A stretch of DNA of 32,000 nt, taken from assembly GCA_965262115.1 (NCBI GenBank), contig OZ253496.1, positions 1,315,175 to 1,347,174 on the forward strand. Reading direction: 5' to 3'. Positions 17,694 through 26,514 of the stretch are shown here, one piece after another. A program made the translations under genes and the position numbers. The notes under the pieces were generated by a model. That model was not told the origin of the DNA. It was given only the letters and a program-made list of their open reading frames with translations, and searched no databases. This DNA is from Nitrospinales bacterium (GTDB lineage: Bacteria; Nitrospinota; Nitrospinia; Nitrospinales; VA-1). Position 1 is the stretch's first letter; each line of letters starts with the position of its first letter.

Positions 17694-18717
17694 GCTGGTA
17701 TTCATGGACCATGTCCACCACTGCCTTGACATGCTCTACCGGGGTGTGTTGCAAAATACCATGCCCTAAATTAAAGATATACCCTCTTCCTACAGCGCGC
17801 TTGAGGATGTCATGAACCCGTTCTCGAATCACCGGTAAGGGAGCAAAAAGCGTCACTGGGTCGAGATTACCCTGAACCGGCTGGTCTTTTCCCAGCAGGG
17901 CTCGTGCAGAATCCATCTGGATTCGCCAGTCAAAACTGAGCACATCTCCGCCAGCCTTTTGCACCAGATCCAGCATCGTAGAAGTTCCGGTACTGAAGTT
18001 GATGACAGGGACTCCGGTATCTTTGAGTCCTTCGTAAACACGGCGGGAATAAGGAAGAATATATTTTTCATAATCGCCGGGTCCAAGGCACCCTGCCCAA
18101 CTGTCGAATATCTGGAGAGCCTGGGCTCCTGCAGAAACCTGCATCTTTAAATAATCCACCAGCATGGTGCACACCTTGCCCATCAACTGTTCCCACACAT
18201 CGGTGGCCTCATACATCATCATTTTAGTGGTTGTGAAGTCCCGCGATTTTCCCCCTTCCACCATATAACTGCACAGGGTAAACGGAGCTCCGGCAAAACC
18301 TACCAATGGAATGTTGATCTCCTTTCTCACCAGACGAATCGCGTCGGCAACAAAACCCAACTGCTCTTCCACATTGACCGGCATAAGTTTTTCAACGGCT
18401 TTTCTGTCCTTGACCGGACGCGGAATCACAGGGCCATCTCCCGCTGAAAATTCCAAACCCGTCCCCATCGGTTCTAAAGGAAGAAGAATATCTGCAAAAA
18501 TTATGGCCGCATCCACCCCCAGCACATCCAGAGGTTGTAACGTGACCTCACACGCCAATTCCGGGTTCTTGCACAGTTCCAGGAAAGTGTATTTTTCCTT
18601 GAGGTCCCGGTAAACTTTCATATACCGACCCGCCTGGCGCATGAACCAGACCGGAGTTTTATCAACCGGTTCACCCCGGCAGGCTTTTATAAAACGGTAC
18701 TCGCTTGACTTGTCCAT
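17686..18717 (-). CDS. hemE: Uroporphyrinogen decarboxylase
   Basis: ORF (open to 18804) with PVWFMRQAGRYMKVYR..K...FLELCKNPELACEVTLQPLDVLGVDAAIIFADILLPLEPMG...VNFSTGT...GILQHTPVEHVKAVVDMVHEY. Likely start MDKSSEYRF. Confidence 0.96.
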   Translation of the reverse strand: MDKSSEYRFIKACRGEPVDKTPVWFMRQAGRYMKVYRDLKEKYTFLELCKNPELACEVTLQPLDVLGVDAAIIFADILLPLEPMGTGLEFSAGDGPVIPRPVKDRKAVEKLMPVNVEEQLGFVADAIRLVRKEINIPLVGFAGAPFTLCSYMVEGGKSRDFTTTKMMMYEATDVWEQLMGKVCTMLVDYLKMQVSAGAQALQIFDSWAGCLGPGDYEKYILPYSRRVYEGLKDTGVPVINFSTGTSTMLDLVQKAGGDVLSFDWRIQMDSARALLGKDQPVQGNLDPVTLFAPLPVIRERVHDILKRAVGRGYIFNLGHGILQHTPVEHVKAVVDMVHEYQHE

Positions 18718-18997
18718 AAACCTCCACTCGGCGTGGGACCACCAGCATGCAATAACTCTCTCTGGCGAGCAAAGAGCTATCTCGGTTTTAGGACCCCTTG
18801 CCAATTGCCCCTGTGGCTAGCAGTTAAAATTTATTGATTATAGGACGGGAACCCATGCGGGATCAACGGTTTGTTTTGATTGCTGCGCTGGAATCCGCTT
18901 TATCAGCCCAATTCCACTTTCATATTCCGGTAGATTTTATAGAGGTGCCGATTTTGCTCCCCGGAGGAGACCTTTGCGTAAGTCTATAAAGCAGAAA

Positions 18998-19077
18998 AGC
19001 GAGATGCTTCGACAAGCTCAGCATGACAATAAAAGGCTATCTTGTCATTCTGAGGAACTATTGCAACGAAGAATCTT
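18998..19077 (+). repeat. REP-like imperfect palindromic element
   Basis: GAGATGCTTCGACAAGCTCAGCATGACAA...TTGTCATTCTGAGGAACTATTGCAACGAAGAATCT, an imperfect inverted repeat (AGATTCTTCG..CTCAGAATGACAA on the other strand). Confidence 0.7.
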
Positions 19078-19342
19078 GGGTTATGCAAAGCTCTCTCCCC
19101 GGAGAGGCCGAAAATCTGCTTTGGCAGGCTCCTCATCCTCATCCGTTGAGAATAAAATTGCAACCGCTCCTGAATCGAAAGATGTTTGCCCTCTTTGGCT
19201 GAGGTTTCCAAATACCGCGAATAGCCAAAGCGATCGGGAAAAGTCCCGAAAGAACTAATAAAGGTCGCGGCTGAGTTTGCTCCATAATTTCCTACTGTGG
19301 AATTAAAATTTGCTTAAAGATACCCGTTAATGTTTGCATCCT

Positions 19343-20476
19343 CTAGGCAAATCGGGCCACCACTCTCGCCAGTTCTTCGAGGACAATTTCTTCTTTTTCG
19401 TTATTCAATTTTTCACGAATAAGAGGAAGTACCTCGGACCCTGAAAGTTCACCCAGAGCCCAGACCACGTGCGCCCGAATCAACGGTTCTTCATCATCCA
19501 GAACTTTAATCAGGACAGGGATAGCTTGCGGGTTGCCGGAATTGCCCAAAGCAACGGCCACATTTCTGAGCAGACCTCTTCTCTTGATCCGTTTGATCGG
19601 ACTGCCTTTGAATCTTCGGCTGAACATTTCTCCGTTGATCTGAATCAGGTCCATCAGCTTGAGCGTGTCCTGCTTCTGCTGAAAGTCCGGGTCATCAGTT
19701 TTAACCGTATAGGAATTCCACGGGCAGACAATCTGGCAATCATCGCAACCGTAAATTCTGTTGCCGATTGCCTTCCTGTACTCAACGGGTATGACCCCTT
19801 TCAACTCAATAGTGAGATAAGAAATACATCGTTTCGAATCCAGAACGTAGGGAGCAATAATGGCATCTGTCGGGCAAATATCTATACAGCTTCTGCAGGT
19901 GCCGCAATGGTCTTCAGCTGGCTGGGATGAAGGAAGGGCAACATCCGTCAGGATTTCAGAAAGGAAATACCAGGACCCCATGCCCTCGGTGAGAAGATTA
20001 GTGTGCTTTCCGATCCACCCCAGGCCCGCTTGTTGGGCCAAAGGCTTCTCGAGAATGGGCCCTGTATCCACATAAATCCGGGTCCGGCATCCCTCAAACT
20101 CCTCTTTGATTTTTTCCTCCATCTGACGTAAACGCGGCGTAACAGTATCATGATAATCCTTGTTCAAAGCATAAATGGAAATATCCGCAACATCACGATG
20201 CTCGACATAACTCATATCCTTTTCCATTGCATAGTAGTTGGTGCGAAAGCATAGAATGCTTTGCACCCCTTCCAATACGAGATCAGGATTTTTTCGCTTT
20301 TCCTGGCCGCGCCGCATATAGGCCATTTCACCGTCGTAACCCGCGTCCATCCATTTTCCAAACCTCTCTCCAGCCGGGCCTAATTCGGGACTAGCAACTC
20401 CAAATCCGTCAAACCCCAAAATCTCGGAGAATGACTTAAGACCTGCTAACTTCTCTATTTTTTCTGCAGAATTCAT
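19343..20476 (-). CDS. queG: Epoxyqueuosine reductase
   Basis: 377-aa ORF with YVDTGPILEKPLAQQAGLGWIGKHTNLL...CGTCRSCIDICPTDAI...YLTIELKG..P......IGNRIYGCDDCQIVCPWN...and C-terminal HEAT-like repeats. Confidence 0.95.
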   Translation of the reverse strand: MNSAEKIEKLAGLKSFSEILGFDGFGVASPELGPAGERFGKWMDAGYDGEMAYMRRGQEKRKNPDLVLEGVQSILCFRTNYYAMEKDMSYVEHRDVADISIYALNKDYHDTVTPRLRQMEEKIKEEFEGCRTRIYVDTGPILEKPLAQQAGLGWIGKHTNLLTEGMGSWYFLSEILTDVALPSSQPAEDHCGTCRSCIDICPTDAIIAPYVLDSKRCISYLTIELKGVIPVEYRKAIGNRIYGCDDCQIVCPWNSYTVKTDDPDFQQKQDTLKLMDLIQINGEMFSRRFKGSPIKRIKRRGLLRNVAVALGNSGNPQAIPVLIKVLDDEEPLIRAHVVWALGELSGSEVLPLIREKLNNEKEEIVLEELARVVARFA

Positions 20477-20539
20477 AAGCTTTAAGGAAGTTGATCCAAT
20501 CTAGCGATTCTGATACTCTCAAGCTGCTCGCCGCAGTGG

Positions 20540-20750
20540 CAACAGGCAAGGACTCGTTGTACCCATGCAGGGCACGCCGAAATGGTACGCCTAGTGGGCG
20601 GAGCACCTCCGCCGACAAATTGCAATATCTTTAACTTGCCCTCAATCGACTACTCGGCCCAACGAGTTATTTACCCCTGCGGGGCACGAAATTTAAGGAA
20701 GAGGGCATCACGACTACTGGCCCCACGCCGAGTGGTTTTGAAACGGAAAA
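20540..20750 (+). repeat. Intergenic repeat family, copy 2, with internal repeats
   Basis: Perfect hairpin GGCGGAG-CAC-CTCCGCC (20597-20613), then GACAAATTGCAATATCTTTA. Flanked by ACTCGTTG (20552-20559)/CAACGAGT (20660-20667) inverted repeat and near-identical TACCCATGCAGGGCACG (20560-20576)/TACCCCTGCGGGGCACG (20672-20688). Confidence 0.65.
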
Positions 20751-20756
20751 GTTCTT

Positions 20757-21710
20757 ATGATGAATAAAACCGGTTACGCATCAGATCCATTTTATCTTAG
20801 GCATGAAACTGAACCGCATCCCGAAAACCCCGGCCGGTTAACCGCCATCCAGAATCGGCTGGAGTCCTCTGAATTCTACAATAACCTCATTGCAATACAA
20901 CCCCGCAAGGCCACTCCGGAAGAAATTGCTCTGGTGCATGATGCAGGCTATGTGGCAAGCGTTGAGCAGAGTTGCGCTAACGGGGTACGCAATTTGGACG
21001 CGGACACAGTCATCTCCGCCGATTCCTACGATGCCGCGTTGTTGAGCGCCGGAGCGGGACTGAATGCCATTGACCAACTCATCGATGGCAGTATCCATAA
21101 TGCCTTTTGTGCTGTACGACCGCCAGGCCATCATGCCGAACAGGATCGTGCGATGGGTTTCTGCCTGTTCAACAATGTCGGCATTGCCGCCCGGTATGCG
21201 CAAAAGGCAAAAGGGTTAAATAGAATTTTCATTTTTGATTGGGATGTTCATCATGGCAATGGCACTCAACACTCGTTTTATAGTGATCCTTCTATCTATT
21301 ACAGCAGCACCCATCAATACCCGTTTTATCCAGGTACCGGAGCAAAAGAAGAAACCGGAACCGGCGACGGGTTGGGGACCACATTGAACCTGCCGATGGA
21401 CGCCTACTCAGAGGATGACGACTATCTATCCGTTGTTGAACACAAACTGATCCCGGAAATCCAACGCTACAAACCCGACCTGATTATTATTTCCGCCGGG
21501 TTTGACGCTCATCAGAATGATCCTCTGGCCCAGATTCAATTGACCACAGATTGCTTTGGCAAAATGACCGAGTTATTGATGGGGGTTGCCGGAGATGTTT
21601 GCGAGGGACGGTTACTCTCCATGTTGGAGGGCGGCTACGACTATGACGCGTTGAGCGACTCAGTCCGACTTCACATGCAAACCTTATTAACTCCCGACCA
21701 TGGAAAATGA
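20757..21710 (+). CDS. Histone deacetylase-family (acetoin utilization-like) amidohydrolase
   Basis: 317-aa ORF with HETEPHPENPGRLTAI...AVRPPGHHAEQDRAMGFCLFNNVGIAARYA...IFDWDVHHGNGTQ...IIISAGFDAHQNDPL...MLEGGYD. Confidence 0.94.
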   Translation: MMNKTGYASDPFYLRHETEPHPENPGRLTAIQNRLESSEFYNNLIAIQPRKATPEEIALVHDAGYVASVEQSCANGVRNLDADTVISADSYDAALLSAGAGLNAIDQLIDGSIHNAFCAVRPPGHHAEQDRAMGFCLFNNVGIAARYAQKAKGLNRIFIFDWDVHHGNGTQHSFYSDPSIYYSSTHQYPFYPGTGAKEETGTGDGLGTTLNLPMDAYSEDDDYLSVVEHKLIPEIQRYKPDLIIISAGFDAHQNDPLAQIQLTTDCFGKMTELLMGVAGDVCEGRLLSMLEGGYDYDALSDSVRLHMQTLLTPDHGK

Positions 21711-22252
21711 AACCTGGAATGTCTGATAGCATTGCGCCCAACAAGAGAATCGTCACCATGGCTTTAATGGTGGCCTTGGGGGTGATATTGCATCGCCTTG
21801 AAGCCCTGCTCCCCTTACCCACACCCTGGGTCAAACTGGGACTGGCCAACCTGATGACCTTGATGGCCCTGGTTTATTTAGGAACCCGCGAGGCTTTTAT
21901 AGTTACCCTGCTTCGGGTCATACTGGGCTCCATTCTTGCGGGAACATTCTTGGGACCGACCTTTTTTCTCAGTATGGCAGGAGGCCTGGCCGGCACCGCA
22001 GTCATGTGCGGAGTTTACAACAACGGAAAGGGGCCGTTCAGCCTTGTTGGCGTCAGTGTTTGCGGAGCCTACACCCATACCTTCATCACGGCAATCTGTG
22101 TCTATTTTTTTCTTATAAAACAGACTTCCTTTTTCGTCCTACTGCCCTTTTTCTTCTCACTGGCTCTGATTACCGGCATTTTGACCGGAATGGCCGGAAA
22201 TCTTTTATCCCGGGAAATGGAGTTTTCGTTTAAGCATTCCCAGGCTCATTAA
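21707..22252 (+). CDS. Gx transporter family / heptaprenyl diphosphate synthase component I-like membrane protein
   Basis: 181-aa ORF with LMVALGVILHRLEALLPLPTPWVKLGLANLMTLMALVYLG...FIVTLLRVILGSILAGTFLGPTFFLSMAGGLAGT. Confidence 0.8.
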   Translation: MKPGMSDSIAPNKRIVTMALMVALGVILHRLEALLPLPTPWVKLGLANLMTLMALVYLGTREAFIVTLLRVILGSILAGTFLGPTFFLSMAGGLAGTAVMCGVYNNGKGPFSLVGVSVCGAYTHTFITAICVYFFLIKQTSFFVLLPFFFSLALITGILTGMAGNLLSREMEFSFKHSQAH

Positions 22253-22347
22253 AGGTTTTACAGACAAATCCCGATAAAATTATTTTAGACTTTGGATTTT
22301 TCTTGTTCTAAAATCTACAGAACATAAATGATAATTGGAGTCCTTAA

Positions 22348-22527
22348 GTGAATAACCCCTCTGATCCAGACAGCAAAATCGCCTTGTTAGCAGAATTTTG
22401 GGATTTTCTCAAAACCCGGAAAAAATGGTGGCTGGGACCTATTGTCTTCATCATGTTGCTAATGAGCCTGCTTATAGTTCTAACAGAAGGTAGCGCCGTT
22501 GCTCCCTTTATTTACACCCTATTCTAG
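22348..22527 (+). CDS. Small DUF5989-like membrane protein, absent from the supplied ORF track
   Basis: GTG-start 59-aa [62 protein letters not shown], matching the DUF5989 pattern FL..RKK.WL.P.....LL......[13 protein letters not shown]. Confidence 0.8.
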   Translation: MNNPSDPDSKIALLAEFWDFLKTRKKWWLGPIVFIMLLMSLLIVLTEGSAVAPFIYTLF

Positions 22528-22535
22528 ACCTTAAC

Positions 22536-23222
22536 TTGCTCACACTTTCCATAGTTATTCCAGTTTATAACGAACGCGATACGCTTCGTACCCTGGTTTC
22601 CAAAGTCGAAGCTGTCGACTACGAGAAGGAAATCATCCTGATCGATGATTTCTCCACAGACGGAACACGGGATGTCTTGAAAGAATATGAAGGACGGGAA
22701 AATTTTCAGGTGCTTTACCATGACCGCAATAAAGGCAAAGGCGCCGCATTGCGCACCGGTTTTTCCAAAACCCAGGGGGATATCATCATCATTCAAGATG
22801 CTGATCTTGAATACAATCCTACCGACTACGGAACATTGCTGGAACCCATTCTGGATGGGCGGGCCGATGTTGTGTATGGATCTTGATTTCTGGGAGGTCC
22901 TCACCGGGTATTGTTCTACTGGCATTACCTTGGTAACAAATTTCTCACCACCCTGTCGAACATATTCACCAACCTGAACCTGACCGACATGGAAACCGGC
23001 TACAAGGTCTTCACAAAAAAAGTGAACGATACCCTGGCCTTCAAGTGCGACCGTTTTGGCTTTGAACCTGAGTTCACCGCCAAGGTCGCAAAAAATAAAT
23101 TCCGGGTCTATGAAGTCCCCATCTCTTACAATGGCAGAGACTATTCAGAAGGAAAAAAAACCACCTGGAAAGACGGCTTCGCTGCCATCTGGTATATTTT
23201 CAGATTCAGGTTTTTGGATTGA
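22536..23222 (+). pseudogene. Family 2 (dolichol-phosphate mannosyltransferase-like) glycosyltransferase split by one in-frame TGA
   Basis: [26 protein letters not shown]...[17 protein letters not shown]...[30 protein letters not shown] then same frame [42 protein letters not shown]; TGA at 22884-22886 sits at the usual Arg of GSRFLGG. Confidence 0.88.
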
Positions 23223-23232
23223 TCCTTTCCGT

Positions 23233-23631
23233 TTAACACTCCTCCAGCCGCTCCCCGCAATGCGGACAGACGACATCCTGTTCAGCCACCTGGGTTTCAC
23301 AGACGGAGCAAATCTGAACACTTTCACGTTCTTCCAGTAATTGACGGGCTTGCTCCGCATCTTCTCTCAATGTCCAAAGACGAACCTTCATGAGATCCGC
23401 GACCGGTGCAGGCTCTGCGTGAAAAGATATGTTTTCCAACTGGCAGGGAATGCCTTCGTTTTCCAGAAAGCCCCGCATGATATGAGCCTTGGCTTCGTTT
23501 AAAACCGTGCAGAGGATCACCAGGTCAGGAGCCTCCTTCTCCGCTACCTCCGACACAAGTTCTACATTACAATCAGGACAAAGGGAATGCGTGTCGGGAA
23601 AATTTTCCTCACATTTCGGGCAACTCCACAT
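23233..23631 (-). CDS. DUF2007-like putative signal-transducing protein with zinc-ribbon ends
   Basis: 132-aa ORF: N-terminal CPKCEENFPDTHSLCPDCNVELV, central VILCTVLNEAKAHIMRGFLENEGIPCQLEN, C-terminal CSVCETQVAEQDVVCPHCGERL. Confidence 0.75.
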   Translation of the reverse strand: MWSCPKCEENFPDTHSLCPDCNVELVSEVAEKEAPDLVILCTVLNEAKAHIMRGFLENEGIPCQLENISFHAEPAPVADLMKVRLWTLREDAEQARQLLEERESVQICSVCETQVAEQDVVCPHCGERLEEC

Positions 23632-23741
23632 ACTATTATTCTACAGCATTTCAAGAGGCTCACAAAACAAGTTTATTGTCACCGGGATTATCCCCGTTTG
23701 ATATAATTTTCAAAACGGATAAGAACTCTATCGACCTCGAC

Positions 23742-24131
23742 ATGACACCTCTGGCTCATATAACAGAAAATATATTTAAACTGAGAAAAAAAGACCGCGT
23801 CATCGGATTCTACCTCTATGACAAATTTGATGAATCTATTGCCCGAATTGATGCGGTATTGGTCGACAGCCAAATCTATCATAGCTACTACATGGTCATA
23901 AACCTGGGAGGCTTTCTGCAAGTAAGGGGAAAGGTTGTGGTTCTTCCTGTTGAAATCTGCGAGGTGAAGGATTTAGGAAAAGTAAAAACCGAGTGGCGGA
24001 AAGAGTCCATGCTGGGGGCGCCAACTCCCATCAATATCATGAGTATGACAACTGTGGAAGAAGAATTGATACGTGATTATTATGGCCTGCCACTGCAAAG
24101 ACCCATTCCCTCAAAAAATCAGGAAAAATGA
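23742..24131 (+). CDS. Hypothetical protein, possibly PRC-barrel-like
   Basis: ORF from likely ATG 23742: MTPLAHITENIFKLRKKDRVIGFYLYDKFDESIARIDAVLVDSQIYHSYYMVINLGGFLQVRGKVVVLPVEICEVKD. Confidence 0.5.
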   Translation: MTPLAHITENIFKLRKKDRVIGFYLYDKFDESIARIDAVLVDSQIYHSYYMVINLGGFLQVRGKVVVLPVEICEVKDLGKVKTEWRKESMLGAPTPINIMSMTTVEEELIRDYYGLPLQRPIPSKNQEK

Positions 24132-24150
24132 TGGCAATTTAATTCGGGAA

Positions 24151-25236
24151 TCAATTCTCAAGCCGCTTCAGCAGTCGGTGCACTCCCTCATGGACATCTT
24201 TCACCGTAATATCTTCAAGACAATAAGGCTTGTAAAGGGGAGAAGGTTTACACTCTTTAAAAAATTTCTGTTTACAGGGGGAACAGGAAAAATTCCGTGT
24301 CACCATTTCCTGCTTTTCCACGGCCATATAAGGGCCAGTCGATTCCGGGCTTCCCGGCCCAAAAATTCCCAGGACCGGAACCCCGACCATTGCCGCAAGG
24401 TGCATCATTCCACTGTCATTGCCAATGAACAGCTGGCTTTTTCGTAACAGTCCTGTCAAAACCCTTAAATTAACCGGAGGAATGATCTTGATCGTTTCTG
24501 ATTGGCCAAAGTTTCTGATCCGATTCAGCAATTCCGATTCTTTTTCCGTACCCAAAAGAACCACCCGTTTGCCGTCCTCTTTAATCAGTTTCTGGCACAA
24601 GATACCGAATCTCTCGACATGCCAACTCCGCTCCACTTGCGACGTCCCCGGATGCAGGGTAAGAAAGTCCTCATCCTCATCCATACCCATACCCAGCAGT
24701 ACTTCCCGAGTTGTGATATCTCCTTCCTGTAAAATAAGCGGAGCAAAATCACGGTCGGGAGTATCCAGTTTCAGGGATGAAAGGATTTTAAAATAATATT
24801 CAACACGGTATTGTGCTTTTTTTAAATGCGCTGTTGTGGCAACAGGATGAGTGAGCAGAATATCCCTTCCCTCAGTGTTATAACCCAATCGGCATCTCGC
24901 TCCTGTCAGGCTTAAAAGAAACGCCGAACCAAAGGAATTGGGAAATACCGCTCCAACATCAAAATTATACTTTCTCAAGTCGCGGACAAAGCTAACTCTT
25001 TGCCAAAAACCAATTTCCGGTCCAGAAGGCAAAGTTAAAACCGTATCAATGGCAGGGTGTCCGAGAAGCAATTCGTTGGAAGGAGATTTTGCGACCACAG
25101 AAATGCGGGCCACGGGGTAAGCACGACGCAAGGATTGTATTACCGGTAGCGTCAACACCACATCGCCTATCCAGTTGGGCATCCACAACAAAAAACTTTG
25201 GATATCCTGACTGTGAAGGAGGCGTGTCATGTCCAT
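24151..25236 (-). CDS. waaF: ADP-heptose:LPS heptosyltransferase II-like
   Basis: 361-aa ORF with LLWMPNWIGDVVLTLPVIQSLRRAYP...VFPNSFGSAFLLSLTGARCRLGY...FIGNDSGMMHLAAMVGVPVLGIFGPGSPESTGP...CSPCKQKFFKECKPSPLYKPYCLEDITV. Confidence 0.9.
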   Translation of the reverse strand: MDMTRLLHSQDIQSFLLWMPNWIGDVVLTLPVIQSLRRAYPVARISVVAKSPSNELLLGHPAIDTVLTLPSGPEIGFWQRVSFVRDLRKYNFDVGAVFPNSFGSAFLLSLTGARCRLGYNTEGRDILLTHPVATTAHLKKAQYRVEYYFKILSSLKLDTPDRDFAPLILQEGDITTREVLLGMGMDEDEDFLTLHPGTSQVERSWHVERFGILCQKLIKEDGKRVVLLGTEKESELLNRIRNFGQSETIKIIPPVNLRVLTGLLRKSQLFIGNDSGMMHLAAMVGVPVLGIFGPGSPESTGPYMAVEKQEMVTRNFSCSPCKQKFFKECKPSPLYKPYCLEDITVKDVHEGVHRLLKRLEN

Positions 25237-25260
25237 AACCCCGGCTATTAAGTGGGCGGT

Positions 25261-26514
25261 TTACTTAACTCTTTTTATTCGGGCACCCAGGTTAGAAAGC
25301 TTTTTTTCCATGCTCACATATCCGCGGTCAATATGGTAAACACGTGAAATGACAGACTGGCCTTTGGCCGCCAGAGCCGCCAGCACCAGTGAAGCACTGG
25401 CTCTAAGATCGGTAGCCATCAAAGGAGCACCCGAAAGGTTTTGCACCCCATTGATGATCGCTGTATGCCCATCCAGCGTAATATCAGCTCCCATCCTTTT
25501 TAATTCCGCAACATGCATAAACCGATTCTCGAATACGGTCTCCATGATAATACTCTGTCCGCGCGACAAAGTCATCAACGCCATGAACTGGGCCTGTATG
25601 TCAGTAGGGAATCCCGGAAAAGGATGAGTCCTGGCATTGACGGCAGTCAAGGGGCGACCACCCCGGACTCGAATCGAGGAGCCATCGACTTCCACATCAA
25701 CCTGAGCCTCCTGAAGTTTGAGGGTGATGGGTTCCACATGTTGTGGAATACAATTCTCAATCAATACTTCTCCCCGGGTGATAGCGGCCGCGATCATGTA
25801 AGTACCGGCCTCAATGCGATCAGGAAAAATTTGGCACTCGATCGGCTTTAACGATGAGACCCCTTGAATGGTGATCATATCGTTGCCTTGACCCTCAATT
25901 TTTGCTCCGGCCTGATTCAAAATATCCGCAAGGAATACAACCTCGGGCTCCTTGGCCGCATTTTCCAGAATGGTTTCCCCTCCCGCTAGAGATGCCGCCA
26001 TCATCAGGTTCGCGGTACCCGTTACCGAAACCGTATCAAAATAGAATTGAGTGCCCTTAAGACCATCGACGGCTCCGTGCACATAACCTTGTTCCAGCCA
26101 GACCTTCGCCCCCATTGCTTCCAATCCTTTAATATGGAGATCAATAGGTCGTGCTCCTATGGCACACCCGCCGGGCAGGGAAACCCGGGCCCGGCCTAAC
26201 TTGGCCAACAAGGGTCCCAGAACCAGACAGGAAGCGCGCATCGTAGAAACCAGATCATAGGGTGCTTCCGGGTTGTCTGCGGCAGACGTGTCCAAAACAA
26301 TTTTTTCACCGCGATTGCTTTCAACCTCTGCTCCCAAATCTTTAAGAAGCTGAATCATGGTGGCCACATCGCTAACTTTTGGAACCCCTTCAATAACATT
26401 CCGCCCGCGGGTCAGAAGCGTTGCCGCCAGTACAGGAAGAACCGCGTTCTTGGCTCCGCTGATCTTAACAGTGCCCTCTAAAGGCCGACCGCCCTCTATA
26501 ACAATCTTATCCAT
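25261..26514 (-). CDS. murA: UDP-N-acetylglucosamine 1-carboxyvinyltransferase
   Basis: 417-aa ORF with EGGRPLEGTVKISGAKNAVLPVLAATLLT...TMRASCLVLGPLLAKLGRARVSLPGGCAIGARPIDLHIKGLEAMGA...FPTDIQAQFMAL...RMKADIxxxG-like. Confidence 0.97.
   Translation of the reverse strand: MDKIVIEGGRPLEGTVKISGAKNAVLPVLAATLLTRGRNVIEGVPKVSDVATMIQLLKDLGAEVESNRGEKIVLDTSAADNPEAPYDLVSTMRASCLVLGPLLAKLGRARVSLPGGCAIGARPIDLHIKGLEAMGAKVWLEQGYVHGAVDGLKGTQFYFDTVSVTGTANLMMAASLAGGETILENAAKEPEVVFLADILNQAGAKIEGQGNDMITIQGVSSLKPIECQIFPDRIEAGTYMIAAAITRGEVLIENCIPQHVEPITLKLQEAQVDVEVDGSSIRVRGGRPLTAVNARTHPFPGFPTDIQAQFMALMTLSRGQSIIMETVFENRFMHVAELKRMGADITLDGHTAIINGVQNLSGAPLMATDLRASASLVLAALAAKGQSVISRVYHIDRGYVSMEKKLSNLGARIKRVK

Noticed and set aside
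18974-19258. 94-aa ORF QKSEMLRQAQHDNKRLSCHSEELLQRRIL
   Set aside because: Translation of a REP-like palindromic repeat, a known source of spurious ORFs.
9092-22886. In-frame TGA codons as selenocysteine or recoded stops
   Set aside because: TGA lies at an Arg position (glycosyltransferase) and a non-Cys position (pentapeptide), another break is TAG, and no SECIS-like element was recognised. Many genes in the window use TGA as normal stop.
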